Shown: piece after piece, positions 53,101 through 64,000 of the stretch
Layout of the letters: each line of letters starts with the position of its first letter
Position numbering within the stretch: position 1 is the first letter of the stretch
The notes under the pieces: generated by a model
The model's database searches: none
What the model saw: the letters and a program-made list of their open reading frames with translations, nothing else
Told to the model about the DNA's origin: nothing
Made by a program: the position numbers and the translations under genes
Assembly: GCF_002571385.2 (NCBI RefSeq)
Contig: NW_019217900.1
Span: forward strand, 10,159-74,158
DNA length: 64,000 nucleotides
DNA from: Stylophora pistillata
Taxonomy: Eukaryota
Direction: 5' to 3'

Positions 53101-56100
53101 CCCTGCCGGTTGGCGAAGCTAAATAAACTAAAACGAAACTTAAACTCTCCAAGAGTGCTTTTTTCTTAGTAGATTTATCATAGTGTATTTATTCAGTGTT
53201 TTGGGTTAACTCCTGCCCCTCTTCTCTTCCGAGCTGACTTGACTTGACTTGAATCTGGACCTTGATGCCTTTAAATGGTTAAGTGACTTTCTGGTTGAAA
53301 TGGTTGTTATTGGACGTAGAGATGATAGGTTTTATGCACCATATTAACAGCAACAATGCCTATTCGTAAATTCAGGTTTGCATAACTCGAGCCAGTGTAC
53401 CCCATGTACCGAAGGTTATTACTGTGAATTTAGTGGAAAGACATCGGAAACAGGGCAATGCGATGAGGGCTATTTCTGTGTCCAGGGTTCGATCAGTAAG
53501 CAGCAAGAAGTCTGTCCTGCAGGAAAATATTGTCCACTTGGCACTCATACACCCAAGGACTGTCCCATTGGAACTTACTCTAACACCACTGGCCTGTGGA
53601 AAGAAGATCAGTGTACCAATTGCACAGCTGGCTCATACTGCTTGGAAAGAGGACTTAGTTATCCCACTGGGCAGTGTACAGCGGGTTATTACTGTCCCAC
53701 TGGCTCCTCAGTGGACAATGCTGTTCCATGTCCTATTGGCTTACACTGCCCCACAGGTAAGTTCTAGATTTTGCTTGACTTGACATTCACAAGAAATGAT
53801 GGCAAGGTACATAGGAGTCCCTTCGTGAGTTACAAAGGAGTCTCTCCGTGAATAGACATTAGACAAAACAAGGTACGAAGAAGAAAATGTTTCGTTTTAC
53901 GCTCGTGAGCTTCAAAACTCCTCATGTCATCAACGTTGTATTATTCTGCGTGTTGAACAATACTAATAAATAATTAATTGATCTTAATAAATAAATAATA
54001 AATAATTAATAAATAATTGATAAATAATTAATTGATTTAATATTATTTTTTTGAGTTGAACTGTTGATCTTTTTAGCGAAGAAAAGTCTTTCAGTTTGTC
54101 GTCTTTCAATAAAGGACTAGGAAGGGACGTTCAGATATTTTGCGCATAAGGTTTTCCAAATAGCTCTTGTACGACTAGAAAGATTCTCTCTTTACATCCA
54201 CCGATGACAGAAAAGAGAAGTGTTTAATATAAAAAACCGTTTCCGTTACAGCTAGCGCCACTCCAAAGGATTGTCCCTCTGGAACATTTACCAACGCCAC
54301 AACGCAGCCATCTTGTCAGGATTGTCCTCCTGGATATTACTGTTTACCTGAAAATGTCACAGCAGGCGATCCAAAGTCTGGTTACCACGAGTGCCCCAGG
54401 GGGTACTACTGTCCTCTTGGGACTGGTTTAGACTGGAAGCCATGCCCACTTGGTACATTTAGTAACAAAACAAAGCTTAGCTTGGTGACTCAGTGTGAGG
54501 ATTGCCTGGGAGGTAAGTACTGTGGTGAGCTCCATGCCATCGAGCCTACTGGAGACTGTTTTGGTGGACACTACTGCGAGTCCGGCGTTGACAAACCAGA
54601 TCCTATTAATTCAGTGAATGGAACGTCACTACTTGGCAACTGCTCCATCCTGGGATTGCACACAGGTAGAAATGTTAGATATTGATAGCTTAATCAGGGT
54701 TGGTTAGCAGCGTATTTACCGTCTGTTGTGTCCAGGTTTTGAATTGCCCTTTATAATGAAGATATTTCTGTTACTTCCAGAAAAAAAATTACAAACGTTA
54801 AGTTCTTTTAATCCTGTAACGTTAAAAGTAAGTAACATCAAGGTAACTCCTGGCCTTTTATATCGTTACTCAGTGGGAAGGAAATAGAAAGAAAAAATAT
54901 TTAATTTTTTATAGAATATTTATTTCAACAATGGTCTTGAAAACTTCGTGATAAATATGAGAGGTTTGTTTCATATCTGATAACCTTTTTATAGGATATG
55001 GTGGAGTATGTCCAGTGGGTCACTACTGTCGTAAAGGTTACACCCTTCCAGTGCCGTGTCCTGATGGAAGTTACCAAGATGAAGAAGGAAAAACATATTG
55101 TAAATCGTGTCCTGCTGGCTTCTTCTGTCTTGCCCAGGCCTCCACATTCAATGACTCTGTCTGTCCATCCGGAAGATATTGTCCAATAAACACAAGTGTT
55201 CCATATCTCTGTGACGAGGGTACTTTTAACCATTTAACCGGACAGGAAGCAGAATCAAGCTGTGTTCCTTGTACTGGTGGAATGTATTGTGAAGGAACTG
55301 GTCTGAGTAAGCCCACTGCCCTCTGTTATGGTGGGTGGTTCTGCAGAAATGGATCAACGAACCCTACACCTGATGGAGGTAACGTTCTTTCAATTACATG
55401 TATATTGCTGTTTCTTCCTGGGGATGGACCAGCTTTCTATCCAGCAGGAATAGTAAAACTCCCACCCATTTCATGTAACGGATACGCTCGGTTGGTGTGG
55501 GCCTTGATTGCCTTACTTATATAGTTAAACGTCCAGCATGCGTGAGCTCGTTTCTCGTAACATTCTCCATGTATGCGTACGCTGGTAAGGGTTAGCTGCT
55601 CAGGTCCTCTACTTTTCGTGTTTTAGACGCAAACGTCCTACAATTAGATTTAATTTCAATTCAGGTCGCTGTCCGACGTCTCATTATTGCCCCAATGGAT
55701 CAGCTTTGCCAACACCCTGTGATCCAGGAAAGTACTGCCCACGCCCAGAACTGTCAGAACCAGAGTTTGACTGTGAGGCTGGTCACTACTGTACATCTGG
55801 AGCAAAAGAAGCCAAACCTACAGATGGAATGACAGGAGATATCTGTCCAAATGGCAAGTATTGTCCCAGAGGAAGTGGGGCACCTGAGGATTGTCCAATT
55901 GGAACATTCTTGAATAGTACAGGCAATAGGTGAGACTGAATTTATTTTTCTTCTAAATTCTTTATACACTTTTTGTGACGTCAAATCGATGACATGTATC
56001 TGCGCTTAGGTTTTCTAAACTACTGAAACCAAAATAGTTTTTTTAATTTGTTAAAAAAATTCGGCATTTCACTATTTGACTGAATCCTTGTGTTTCTGTC

Positions 56101-59100
56101 TTCACTTCCCAAAGAAATGTGACTGACTGTCAAGACTGTACTCCAGGGTGGTACTGTGGTGGAAGTGGGCTGCCTGTGCCCACAGCGTTGTGTAAGGCAG
56201 GCTACTTTTGCAGCGGTAGAGCAGAAAGCGATGATCAGCACGAATGTCCCGAAGGAAACAAATGTCCTGAAGGAAGTCCAAATCCCATACCTTGTGAAGC
56301 AGGATATTACCAAAACGAAAAAGCAAAACCAGCGTGTAAAATCTGCCCAAAGGGCTTCTATTGCAATGACACTAATGGCCCAGTCATACTATATGGACAG
56401 TATATCTGCATAGAGGGTCATTATTGTCCAAGCGGTACAAGATATGCAGAACAGTTTAAGTGTCCTCCAGGCACATTCAACAATAGAACTGGCATAGACG
56501 AAGAGTCAGATTGTAGGACATGTACTGGTGGCATGGTCTGTGATGAGTGGGGTTTGGTGTCTCCATACAAGTTATGTGGGGCTGGATATTTCTGTAGAGA
56601 GGGTGCCAATAGTACCACACCAGAACTTGGGGAAAAAGCTGACATTTGTCCCGCCGGTTATTACTGCCCTGAAGGTAATTAATAGTCTTTCTTATCCTTT
56701 TAATGGATGGGCTTGTTTTAACCTTCTGAATTATACCAATGATAGCAGCGTTTCGTCCACCAAAGCCAGTTGCATTATTACTTGGAAGATAAACATAGCA
56801 AAAAAGGTTTAAAAACTAAATTATAGTACATCATTCTGATACATTGCTATGGTCCTCCTGATACTATCAATGTATACACAATGCTCAAGTGTCTTTATTT
56901 ATCGCTATTTCTTCTGTAGAGTAGCGGGTAGAATTTTTTCGTATCACAGACATTGAAAGTAACTGATTTTATTACTGAAAGCACAAACAGAAGTATCATT
57001 ATGATTGGGACCTGGTGGCATCAAGCCGTGCCTATTCTCAGATTTGTTCTTGGTTTTTGTCATATTAATCTTCTTCTCTGCGTTTTGTCTTCTATATAGG
57101 TGTTGACAAGCCAATCGATTGTCCAGCTGGTACTTACAGCCCAGCAACAGGTCTTCAGGCAGAACACGAATGCTTAGATTGTACTGGTGGAGAATTCTGT
57201 AATGAAACAGCCATGACAAAAACAGCAGGACCTTGCAAACTTGGTTACTATTGTCCAGTACGTTCCTCAAGCGAAACACAAATTCAATGTCCTTCGGGCC
57301 GTTATTGCACACAGGGTACCCATCATCCCTTCCCATGTCCATCAGGAACTTATTCAAATGGCAGTGGTTTAGAGAAGGCAGACGACTGTACTGATTGCAG
57401 ACCAGGATATTTCTGTGATGACGAGGGACTTGTTGAGCCAAAGGATCAATGTGACGAGGGCTATTATTGCCCCAAGGGTCAAAATGTTAGTAATCCGTAT
57501 CCTTGTCCAGCTGGCAAGCATTGCCCGAAAGGAAGTCCTGAACCTCGAGATTGCCCCGCAGGGACATTTGCCGAAAGTCCCAGATCATCGGAATGTGCGA
57601 CGTGCCCTGAGGGCTATTATTGTCTCCCAGAACTTGTTATTTCAGGTAATGTAATTCAACACCTACCCCTAAACTTTTTCTAGAGCAATGTGCTATATAA
57701 TGAATAAGCCATAAACAAGCCGAAGGTAAGAAATTAATTGATTTATGCTAAGCAATGTTTAAGTAAACCGTTCTGCAATTGTCGGTATTTTCTTAGTTAA
57801 GCTGCTTTTGTTATATCAATGTTTTTTTTTTTTTTTTGTTTTGTTTTGTCCAAATGTGTAATAGGTGACTCGAGTTCTGCCAAGCATGACTGTCCAGAGG
57901 GGTACTTTTGTCCAAATGGTACGGGGGCTGATTGGAAACAATGTCCTGCTGGTACTTACAACAACAGGAAGAACTTAGTGCGAGAACAAGACTGCACGCC
58001 CTGTTCTGGTGGCAAATTTTGTAGAGGTACAAACCTAACGGAACCAAGTGGAAGCTGTAGTGCTGGCTACTATTGTGTGTCTGGTGCAGCATCACCAAAC
58101 CCATACATGACAAACTTGACACAGAGTCCTGCCCATTTTGAGCACATCACTATTGGTGACGTTTGTCCCCGTGGACACTTCTGTATAGCTGGCAGTGTCA
58201 TCTTTCAAGGTAGTACTTGAACAAAAATTGGTGATTTTTTATTTACTCAACGAGTATATATGAACTGTTACGCCAATGACAACATATTCGGACTCTTACC
58301 TGAATAACAGTTATCAGTGAAAATGTTATGTCGTACTAAATCCAGAGTTGATGATCGAGTGCGATGAAAACAAACGAAAACATAATTAAAACATCTTTCA
58401 CGCAGAAACTGACTGGAACGCATCCTATCACTGACTGCATTTCACACTCAAGTGAATCATAAACAGCTGAGTGAAAATATTTCTTAACTTAATTGTCATT
58501 TTTTACAGGCTGCCCTGCTGGTACGTATCAAGACGAGGAAGGCAAAGCTAGTTGCAAACGATGTCCACAAGGCTTCTATTGCTATGCTAACTCCACCACA
58601 TATCAAGGCAATCAATGTCCCAAAGGTCATTACTGTCCAGAAGGTTCGCCCAGACCTCGTTATCAACCATGTCAACCAGGTACTTACAACCCCAAGGTTC
58701 AGGGCAACTCGTCGCTCAACTGCTTACCTTGTGACCCTGGTCACTACTGTGCTAATTATGGAAACGAAAAACCCACAAATTCTTGCAGTGCTGGGTTTTA
58801 TTGTCCTGGAGGCAACAGCAAAGCTAAACCTGCTGCAACGCGTTGCACACCTGGTCACTTTTGTCCAGATTCTTCCCATAACATGACAATATGCACACCT
58901 GGAAGGTATTGTGATGAGCACGAGCTGCATCATACAAAAGGACCGTGTGACCCTGGATATTACTGTCCAGCAGGATCCACCAGCAGCCGCCAAGAGGAAT
59001 GTAAAGAAGGACACTATTGCCCATTGGAATCACCTTACCCGTTGCCCTGTCAACCAGGCTATTATTTACCTGGAAAGAAACACGAGAATGATTCAGAGTG

Positions 59101-62100
59101 TGTACAGTGTATAGCTGGTATGTTCTGCAACAGCAGTGGTCTAAGCTATCCAGATGGGTATTGTGATAGAGGGTACTTCTGTCCACCCGGCCAGACAGTT
59201 TCATCTCCAAACTCACATCCCTGCCCAGTGGGTCACTTTTGCCTGGAGGGATCACCTCTTCCAGAACGCTGTCCAAATGGCACTTACCAAGATAGTCAGT
59301 ATTCCTCCAAATGTAAGGAATGTTTGCCTGGGTACTACTGTGATAATACTTTAGTTGCTGTGAGTAACCTGACAGGATATGAATGCCCCATGGGACACTA
59401 TTGTCCCTCAGGGACATCATTTTCAACTCAACACAAGTGTCCATCTGGAACATGGAGCAACAAGACTCGACTTGAGCGAGCTGAACAATGTACAGAGTGC
59501 CCTCCTAGGTAAGAATGACCTACAGTATGTGCTAAAAAAGGGTTGATAAAGTAAATGGTCTCGGTAATGAGGGTTTTACGTAGATCAACAAATGAGTCGT
59601 TTATTATCATGAGTCGTTTATTATCATGAATCGTCATACGATACAGTAGTCAATCGCCATACTTTAGCATTTGGACTGGACTAGGTGAGAGTTAACCTAA
59701 CAACACAGAACGAGCTTGGCTCTTTCACTAATAAAGGGTTTTTTCTTCGTGCTGTAGGTACTTTTGTCAGCAAGAAGGTTTGACAGAACCTGAAGATCTA
59801 TGTCTTGCTGGCTTTTACTGTAATGGCAGTGCCAAGGTGTCAAATCCAACATATGCAAAATGTCCCATTGGACATTTCTGCGTGAAGGGAAGTTATATAC
59901 CTGAACCTTGTCCACGTGGCTCGTTTGCAAACTCGGAGGGAAATAAAAACGTCACAGACTGCAGGCCTTGTAGCCCTGGATATTATTGTGATCCAAAGGC
60001 CACTATCGTAGAAGAACGACCTTGTGATGCTGGTTATGTTTGTATCTTGGGTAAGAAACAAATACCAGAAACGTTCCTAGTTATAGCTTTGTTTTCTTCT
60101 TCATCTGGCATCTTTTATTCATCATGACAACCTTAATGAAAAAAGACAACTTTAACCAATTGAAACGGTTACTGCTTATTTGTTAAAAAATTTGGGATGA
60201 TTAACATTACCATCAGAACTTTGACGTTGAATATTTTAAGGTAAAAATGTAGTGCCTACATAAATCTTCTCTGCTAGCCTATTTAAATGTACTGGCAGTT
60301 TCTTCATAAGGTTATTTTCTTGTCTAATTTTTTCTTTTACTAAAGGTTCTACCACTCCACGCCCAACAGACGGTATAGAGGGAAAGGCTTGTCCCAGAGG
60401 CCATTTCTGTACTAAAGGAACTGTAAAGGAAGAACCATGTCCCAGGGGCCAATATGGTCCCACTAAAAGCCAGAGTGTTTGTGAGAACTGTCCAGTTGGC
60501 TTCACTTGTCCCAACACCTCTGTTATTCAGCCAACGCCTTGTTCTCCGGGACACTATTGCCCAGGTGGTGAGTCGTTGCCCAAGGGAACACCATGTCCGA
60601 GTGGAACGTATCTTCCTACTGAATATGGCAAATTTAAAAATGAGTGCTTGGCATGCCCGCCTGGCAAGTACTGTGAACTTCCTGGCCAGGCTAGCGCAAC
60701 TGGACCTTGTCGTGCCGGCTACCTTTGTAGAGGTGGAGCCAGATTTTTTTCACCTAATGATACCGGTGATGCAGACAATGGCCCTTGCCCCCCAGGGTTC
60801 TACTGTGAAGAGGGAACAACAAATGGCACCTGGTGCCCCGAAGGAACCCTCAGGCCATACTCGGGTGCTAAATCGCGTAATGACTGTTTGCCTTGTACTG
60901 GAGGGAAATATTGTTATCAACCTGGACTGCTCATTGCAACCGAAGACTGTCACCCAGGTTACTACTGCCCAGCAGAAGAAGACATTCGCTATCCAAAACC
61001 AAGCAACTTCCTTTGTCCAATTGGGCATTTCTGTCCAAAGGGCACTGCCAACCCATTTAGCTGTGCACCAGGGACATATCAGAGTCGTAAACAGCAAGTA
61101 TCATGTGACATCTGCCCAAAAGGCTTCTACTGCCTTGCCAACACTTCTGACCCCATAGCGTGCCCTCCCCATCACTTCTGTCCGAACGGTACACACACCC
61201 CAGTGGTCTGCCCTAATGGAACATTTACGAACGACCAAGAAACTGGACTGAGCAATGTCGATCAGTGTAGACCTTGTGTTGCTGGTCATTTTTGCCAGCT
61301 TGGTGTCATCACTGACAACTGTACTGCTGGATATCTGTGTTACATTGGCAATCCTACCCCCACCCCTGATGGGTCTAATTCAAGTATTGGAGAGATATGT
61401 CCCATTGGTTACTACTGTCCTGCTGGGACCTTAAAGCGCCAGAGGTGTGAGCCAGGTTTGGTAATCCCTTACAAGGGAGCCAGATCAAAAGCTGAATGTC
61501 AAGTGTGCCCGGCTGGAAAGATTTGCGTCAGTGGTGACTCTATACCTAAAGATTGTACCGTTGGATATTACTGTCCCTTCAATGACACTGCGAGACCTTG
61601 CCCTCTGCAAACATTCAACAATGTATCTGGTGCGACAGATATAAGCTTTTGTCATCCATGCCCTGCTGGATACTATTGCTGGTATGAAGGTAAGGGGAGT
61701 AGAGGAATGATAGTCTACAAAAAGGTTAACCTCCGTTTGGCAAGGGTAAAACTGAGCGCCAAGAAACAGATGGTGTCAAGTACAAAGATACGAGTATTAT
61801 TTCAAGCCAAACGAAGCGGGCTGCTATGTTTATTTTCTTTCACATATTTTTGGTGGCGCGTGAACCAGAACATTTACCAAAAAACAGCTTACCTTCGAAG
61901 ACCGATAGTGACGTTTCAGTGCAACATTTTGAACAAAACAAATTTATCCCTTCATCTGCAACAACACCAAAACTCTTTTCAGACTTCAATAAGGTTTCAA
62001 AGGAAGACTGTTATCGCATTGGATACTGGGATGAGAATTGGTGAATGTCTTTTGAGGAACATCACCCGTTGTTCCCTAATTTTAGATGGGGCATATTTGT

Positions 62101-63646
62101 TAACTGATAACTCGTATCGTTGACTTGGTGTCACGCATCGCAATTAAAAAACGTTTTAGATTCACACTTTTGAACGAGACTCTAAATGAACAGTTTTTTT
62201 CTTGACATGTTCACTCTTTGGTGTTTAATGTTCATCAGATTAAGTGGAGCGAATTCCTGCATTGCGGGACGATAATTAACTGTATTAGGTTAACCATTCA
62301 GGCTTATGCAACTGATTGCAAATTTACATGACTTTCTTTCTCAGGTCTCTCCGACTACGCCACGTCTCCATGTCCAGTTGGTCAGTACTGTCTTAATGCC
62401 ACAGACCAACCCATACCTTGTCCAAATGGCACCTTCCGTGATTCCACAGGGGCACGTAACATATCTGAGTGTCACCTTTGTCCTGCCGGGAGGTATTGTC
62501 CTCTGTCGAACAGTAGTTTCTATGGATACGAGTGCCCAGACGGAACTTTCTGCCCTGCGGGAAGAACATCACCAACTGTTTGTCTTCCTGGTTATTACTG
62601 CAAGGAAACTAAAACTCAAGTTCCATGCCCAGCTGGCTTTTATTGTCCAAATGGATCCGAGTCATACATCACCTGTCCCCACGGGTCTTACTGTGATCCG
62701 GAAGATCGTTGTGATCCCACTGACCTTAGTGCAGGTGCCTGCCAGCCGAAGATATGTCCATTAGGTAAATGCAATAGAAAAGAAATTTCGTTTAAGAGTA
62801 AACCTGACAGTTAATGTTTATAAACTCCATGAACGTGGTCATCGCTCTGATTACTTGAGCAGGTCACGATGGCAGAGTGATCAAACTTTGGTCCAAATTC
62901 TGGTTCTGCTGGAATATTTTCCTTGCCATTGCATGGCCAGGGTTTTGATTTCGGTTGTGAACCAATCAGAAGCTAACCACACGGTGTTGTGAACCAATCA
63001 GAAGCTAACCGCACGGTGTTGTGAACCAATCAGAAGCTAACCACACGGTGTTGTGAACTCTAGGAGTTACACTATAATGTTGTGGGAGTTGTACGTTGAT
63101 TCTCTTTATGTCCTTGTCGCTGATTTAGTATGATTTTGCTTCAGGTTACAAACAGGTAGAAAATTCTTCGAGAAAGAACTTCAATGATACGTGCGAGATT
63201 TGCCCCCCGGGTTCTTATGGAAATCATCCCGAACGTCGGGAATGTGCTCCTTGCCGTGGTGGCGTCATCTGTTTGAAAGGTACAATTTACTATTGTTTTA
63301 AGACTGTAGCTGTGTGTCAGTTCTGAAATCTTGCCCTGATTTGTCTTCAGGAGCAACTACAGATGACCCTGGCTTAAATGGAACAGAACTCGGTGTGGCG
63401 AAAACCAACTCTTACCTTTGCCCGCAGCGTTACTTCTGCCAGAGCGGTGATCCAAAATTGTACCCCTGCCCGAATGGAACTTACAATGACCAGCTTGGTG
63501 CTGCACATATTGGACAGTGTAAACCATGTGCAAAAGATCACTATAATCCCTGGGTGGCTCAAAATTCATGCCTGTCTTGTAGCCCGCTGAGTTCTAAACC
63601 AGCTGCTGATAGGTGCGAATGTACTGGAAATAACCAAGTATACCAG
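29196..63646 (+). CDS. Giant secreted/membrane Cys-rich repeat protein (Ephrin_rec_like/GCC2_GCC3-type CPxGxYC repeats), over 5,680 codons, 3' truncated by the window; contains two in-frame TGA codons
   Basis: Signal-peptide exon 29196-29283 (MALKTLYLQSFISILAAIILCWTEVTSAS), then 29426-29543, 30351-30438, 30888-31527, 31888-31957, 32530-32657, 33195-33323, 33613-33987, 34229-34400, 34828-35106, 35457-35585, 35797-35981, 36089-36202, 36587-37411, 37665-37973, 38412-38741, 38863-39310, 40078-40712, 41174-41330, 41607-41827, 41976-42845, 43065-43645, 43941-44184, 44404-44896, 44978-45768, 49349-49522, 49717-49971, 50073-50528, 51267-52505, 52783-52905, 53376-53756, 54252-54665, 54995-55378, 55665-55929, 56115-56674, 57100-57645, 57865-58209, 58509-59508, 59758-60050, 60346-61689, 62345-62764, 63145-63279, 63351-63646. 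All introns are GT-AG and phases are consistent (17,049 nt). Repeats of the form C-P-x-G-x-Y/F-C-P-x-G and C-x-x-C-x-x-G-x-Y-C throughout, with many N-x-S/T sequons. It could be a recent pseudogene allele. Confidence 0.85.
30588..30804. mobile_element. Degenerate MITE-like interspersed repeat (intron 3)
   Basis: Ends ttaaccc... and ...gaaagtgttaa form short TIRs; partly similar in reverse orientation to 32833-33041. Confidence 0.55.
32265..32430 (+). repeat. About 86-bp tandem duplication (intron 5)
   Basis: ttggtaatcaaatttagaatgcactttt...ataattatattt at 32265 and 32351. Confidence 0.9.
32833..33041. mobile_element. Degenerate MITE-like interspersed repeat (intron 6)
   Basis: Ends caaccctttatacc... 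and ...gggtgggaaggtt; related to 30588-30804. Confidence 0.5.
39336..39689. mobile_element. MITE with 17-bp perfect TIRs (PIF/Harbinger-like)
   Basis: gggagctttagcaacga (39336-39352) and tcgttgctaaagctccc (39673-39689), AT-rich flanks, no ORF. Confidence 0.85.
42829..42960 (+). repeat. 66-bp tandem duplication spanning the exon 21 splice donor
   Basis: ttactgcaacaggcaag|gttagttaact...ttgtatctgc at 42829-42894 and 42895-42960. Confidence 0.95.
45960..47198 (+). mobile_element. 5'-truncated, decayed L2/CR1-clade LINE, copy 1
   Basis: RT C-terminal remnants DFRNWMIEDRLMLNDDNTELMLIG, DYCNSL, LHWLLVRQRISFKILLFVFKAIHG with frameshifts; (TTA)n-type tail. Confidence 0.85.
46096..46347. mobile_element. 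Penelope-like terminal-repeat fragment nested in the LINE, with a 14-bp target-site duplication
   Basis: TSD aacagatagaaaaa at 46082-46095 and 46348-46361; internal inverted repeat at 46149-46231; second copy offset by 2094 bp (48190-48441). Confidence 0.7.
47199..47370 (-). mobile_element. tRNA-derived SINE (tRNA-Thr-like region 47271-47343)
   Basis: The minus strand reads ggcttgt-tagctcaattggtaagagc (A box)...ggttcgaatcc (B box)...acaggcc. It is flanked by near-identical direct repeats taagaattaaattatta / taagaatttaattatta and is absent from LINE copy 2. Confidence 0.8.
47396..48102. other. assembly gap
   Basis: Run of N. Confidence 1.
48103..49310 (+). mobile_element. L2/CR1-clade LINE fragment, copy 2 (near-identical to copy 1, including the nested insert)
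   Basis: ORF 48548-48922 HISKQCTSAFYHLHNISRI...DYCNSLLYGLP...LHWLRVRQRISFKILL; colinear with 46009-47198 apart from scattered SNPs. Confidence 0.85.
50961..51100 (-). mobile_element. Short interspersed repeat, copy A
   Basis: Reverse-complement match to 52922-53060; a further copy is at about 63870-64000. Confidence 0.7.
52922..53145 (+). mobile_element. Short interspersed repeat, copy B, with an A-rich simple-repeat tail
   Basis: tagatattctagtcttc...aattaacgtctcc-type core inverted relative to copy A; tail aaataaactaaaacgaaacttaaac. Confidence 0.7.
62954..63058 (+). repeat. 32-bp tandem repeat x3, each unit containing AACCAATCAG
   Basis: Unit gttgtgaaccaatcagaagctaaccacacggt at 62954, 62986 and 63018. 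Confidence 0.95.
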
Positions 63647-63867
63647 GTATGTCGAAATAGGACAATTCAACTGCTGTTGATCACAAAAACCAGAAAGAAA
63701 AAATAAATCATGAGCAGCGTTCACTTAAATGTTCAGAAATACGCGATTTTCCATCATAGATAACGAGCCAGGTAATGACGAGTATGTAGCCATGTTTAAC
63801 ATAAACGCAATGCTTTACATGTTACTGATTCCGAACCGAACTGATTTAAATGAGCTATTCTATTTGG

Positions 63868-64000
63868 TTTAAGTTTAAGTTTGTTTATTGTCTTTACGTG
63901 GGGCATGGTTACCCAGATTGCCCAAGCCAGAGGCTCATGTATAAAACGTAAGACAACCCCACCCATCCCACCTCAGGGGAGGACATCCTTCACACAGTAA
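63868..64000 (-). mobile_element. Short interspersed repeat, copy C (truncated by the window end)
   Basis: cccacccatcccacctcagggggaggacatccttcacacagtaa matches copy A; gtttaagtttaagtttgtttatt is the reverse of the copy B tail. Confidence 0.65.

Noticed and set aside
61690-62123. C-terminal extension of ORF 60576-62123 as the end of the giant protein
   Set aside because: It is read-through into an intron past the donor GAAG|gtaagg at 61689; Cys-rich exons resume at 62345.
30910-63590. Many alternative-frame and antisense ORFs overlapping the Cys-rich exons
   Set aside because: Shadows of the repetitive codon usage of the true frame; no domain-like content.

Overview
This is eukaryotic, intron-rich animal genomic DNA, most likely from a stony coral (inferred from the repeat families and gene content). 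It has two assembly gaps (4384-4984 and 47396-48102) and three + strand genes. (1) The last coding part of a ribonuclease-inhibitor-type LRR gene (NLR-like) at 1-260. (2) A complete Turtle/IGSF9-like adhesion receptor at 12176-25687: signal peptide, 5 Ig, 2 FN3, TM and a long Ser-rich tail, 10 coding exons, about 1460 aa, with a candidate second signal-peptide first exon at 18133-18244. (3) A giant secreted or membrane Cys-rich repeat gene (Ephrin_rec_like/GCC2_GCC3-type repeats) from 29196 past the window end. I joined 43 GT-AG exons by hand into 17,049 nt (5,683 codons) with consistent phases and no frameshift. The frame has two in-frame TGA codons (38447, 43256; the second at a conserved Cys position) and two TGG codons at conserved Cys positions. 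An RFX X-box lies about 350 bp upstream of its ATG, which hints at a ciliary role. Introns carry MITEs, SINEs, a duplicated L2/CR1 LINE fragment with a nested Penelope-like insert bearing degenerate hammerhead motifs, and several tandem repeats. All exon coordinates were read by eye and need RNA-seq confirmation.
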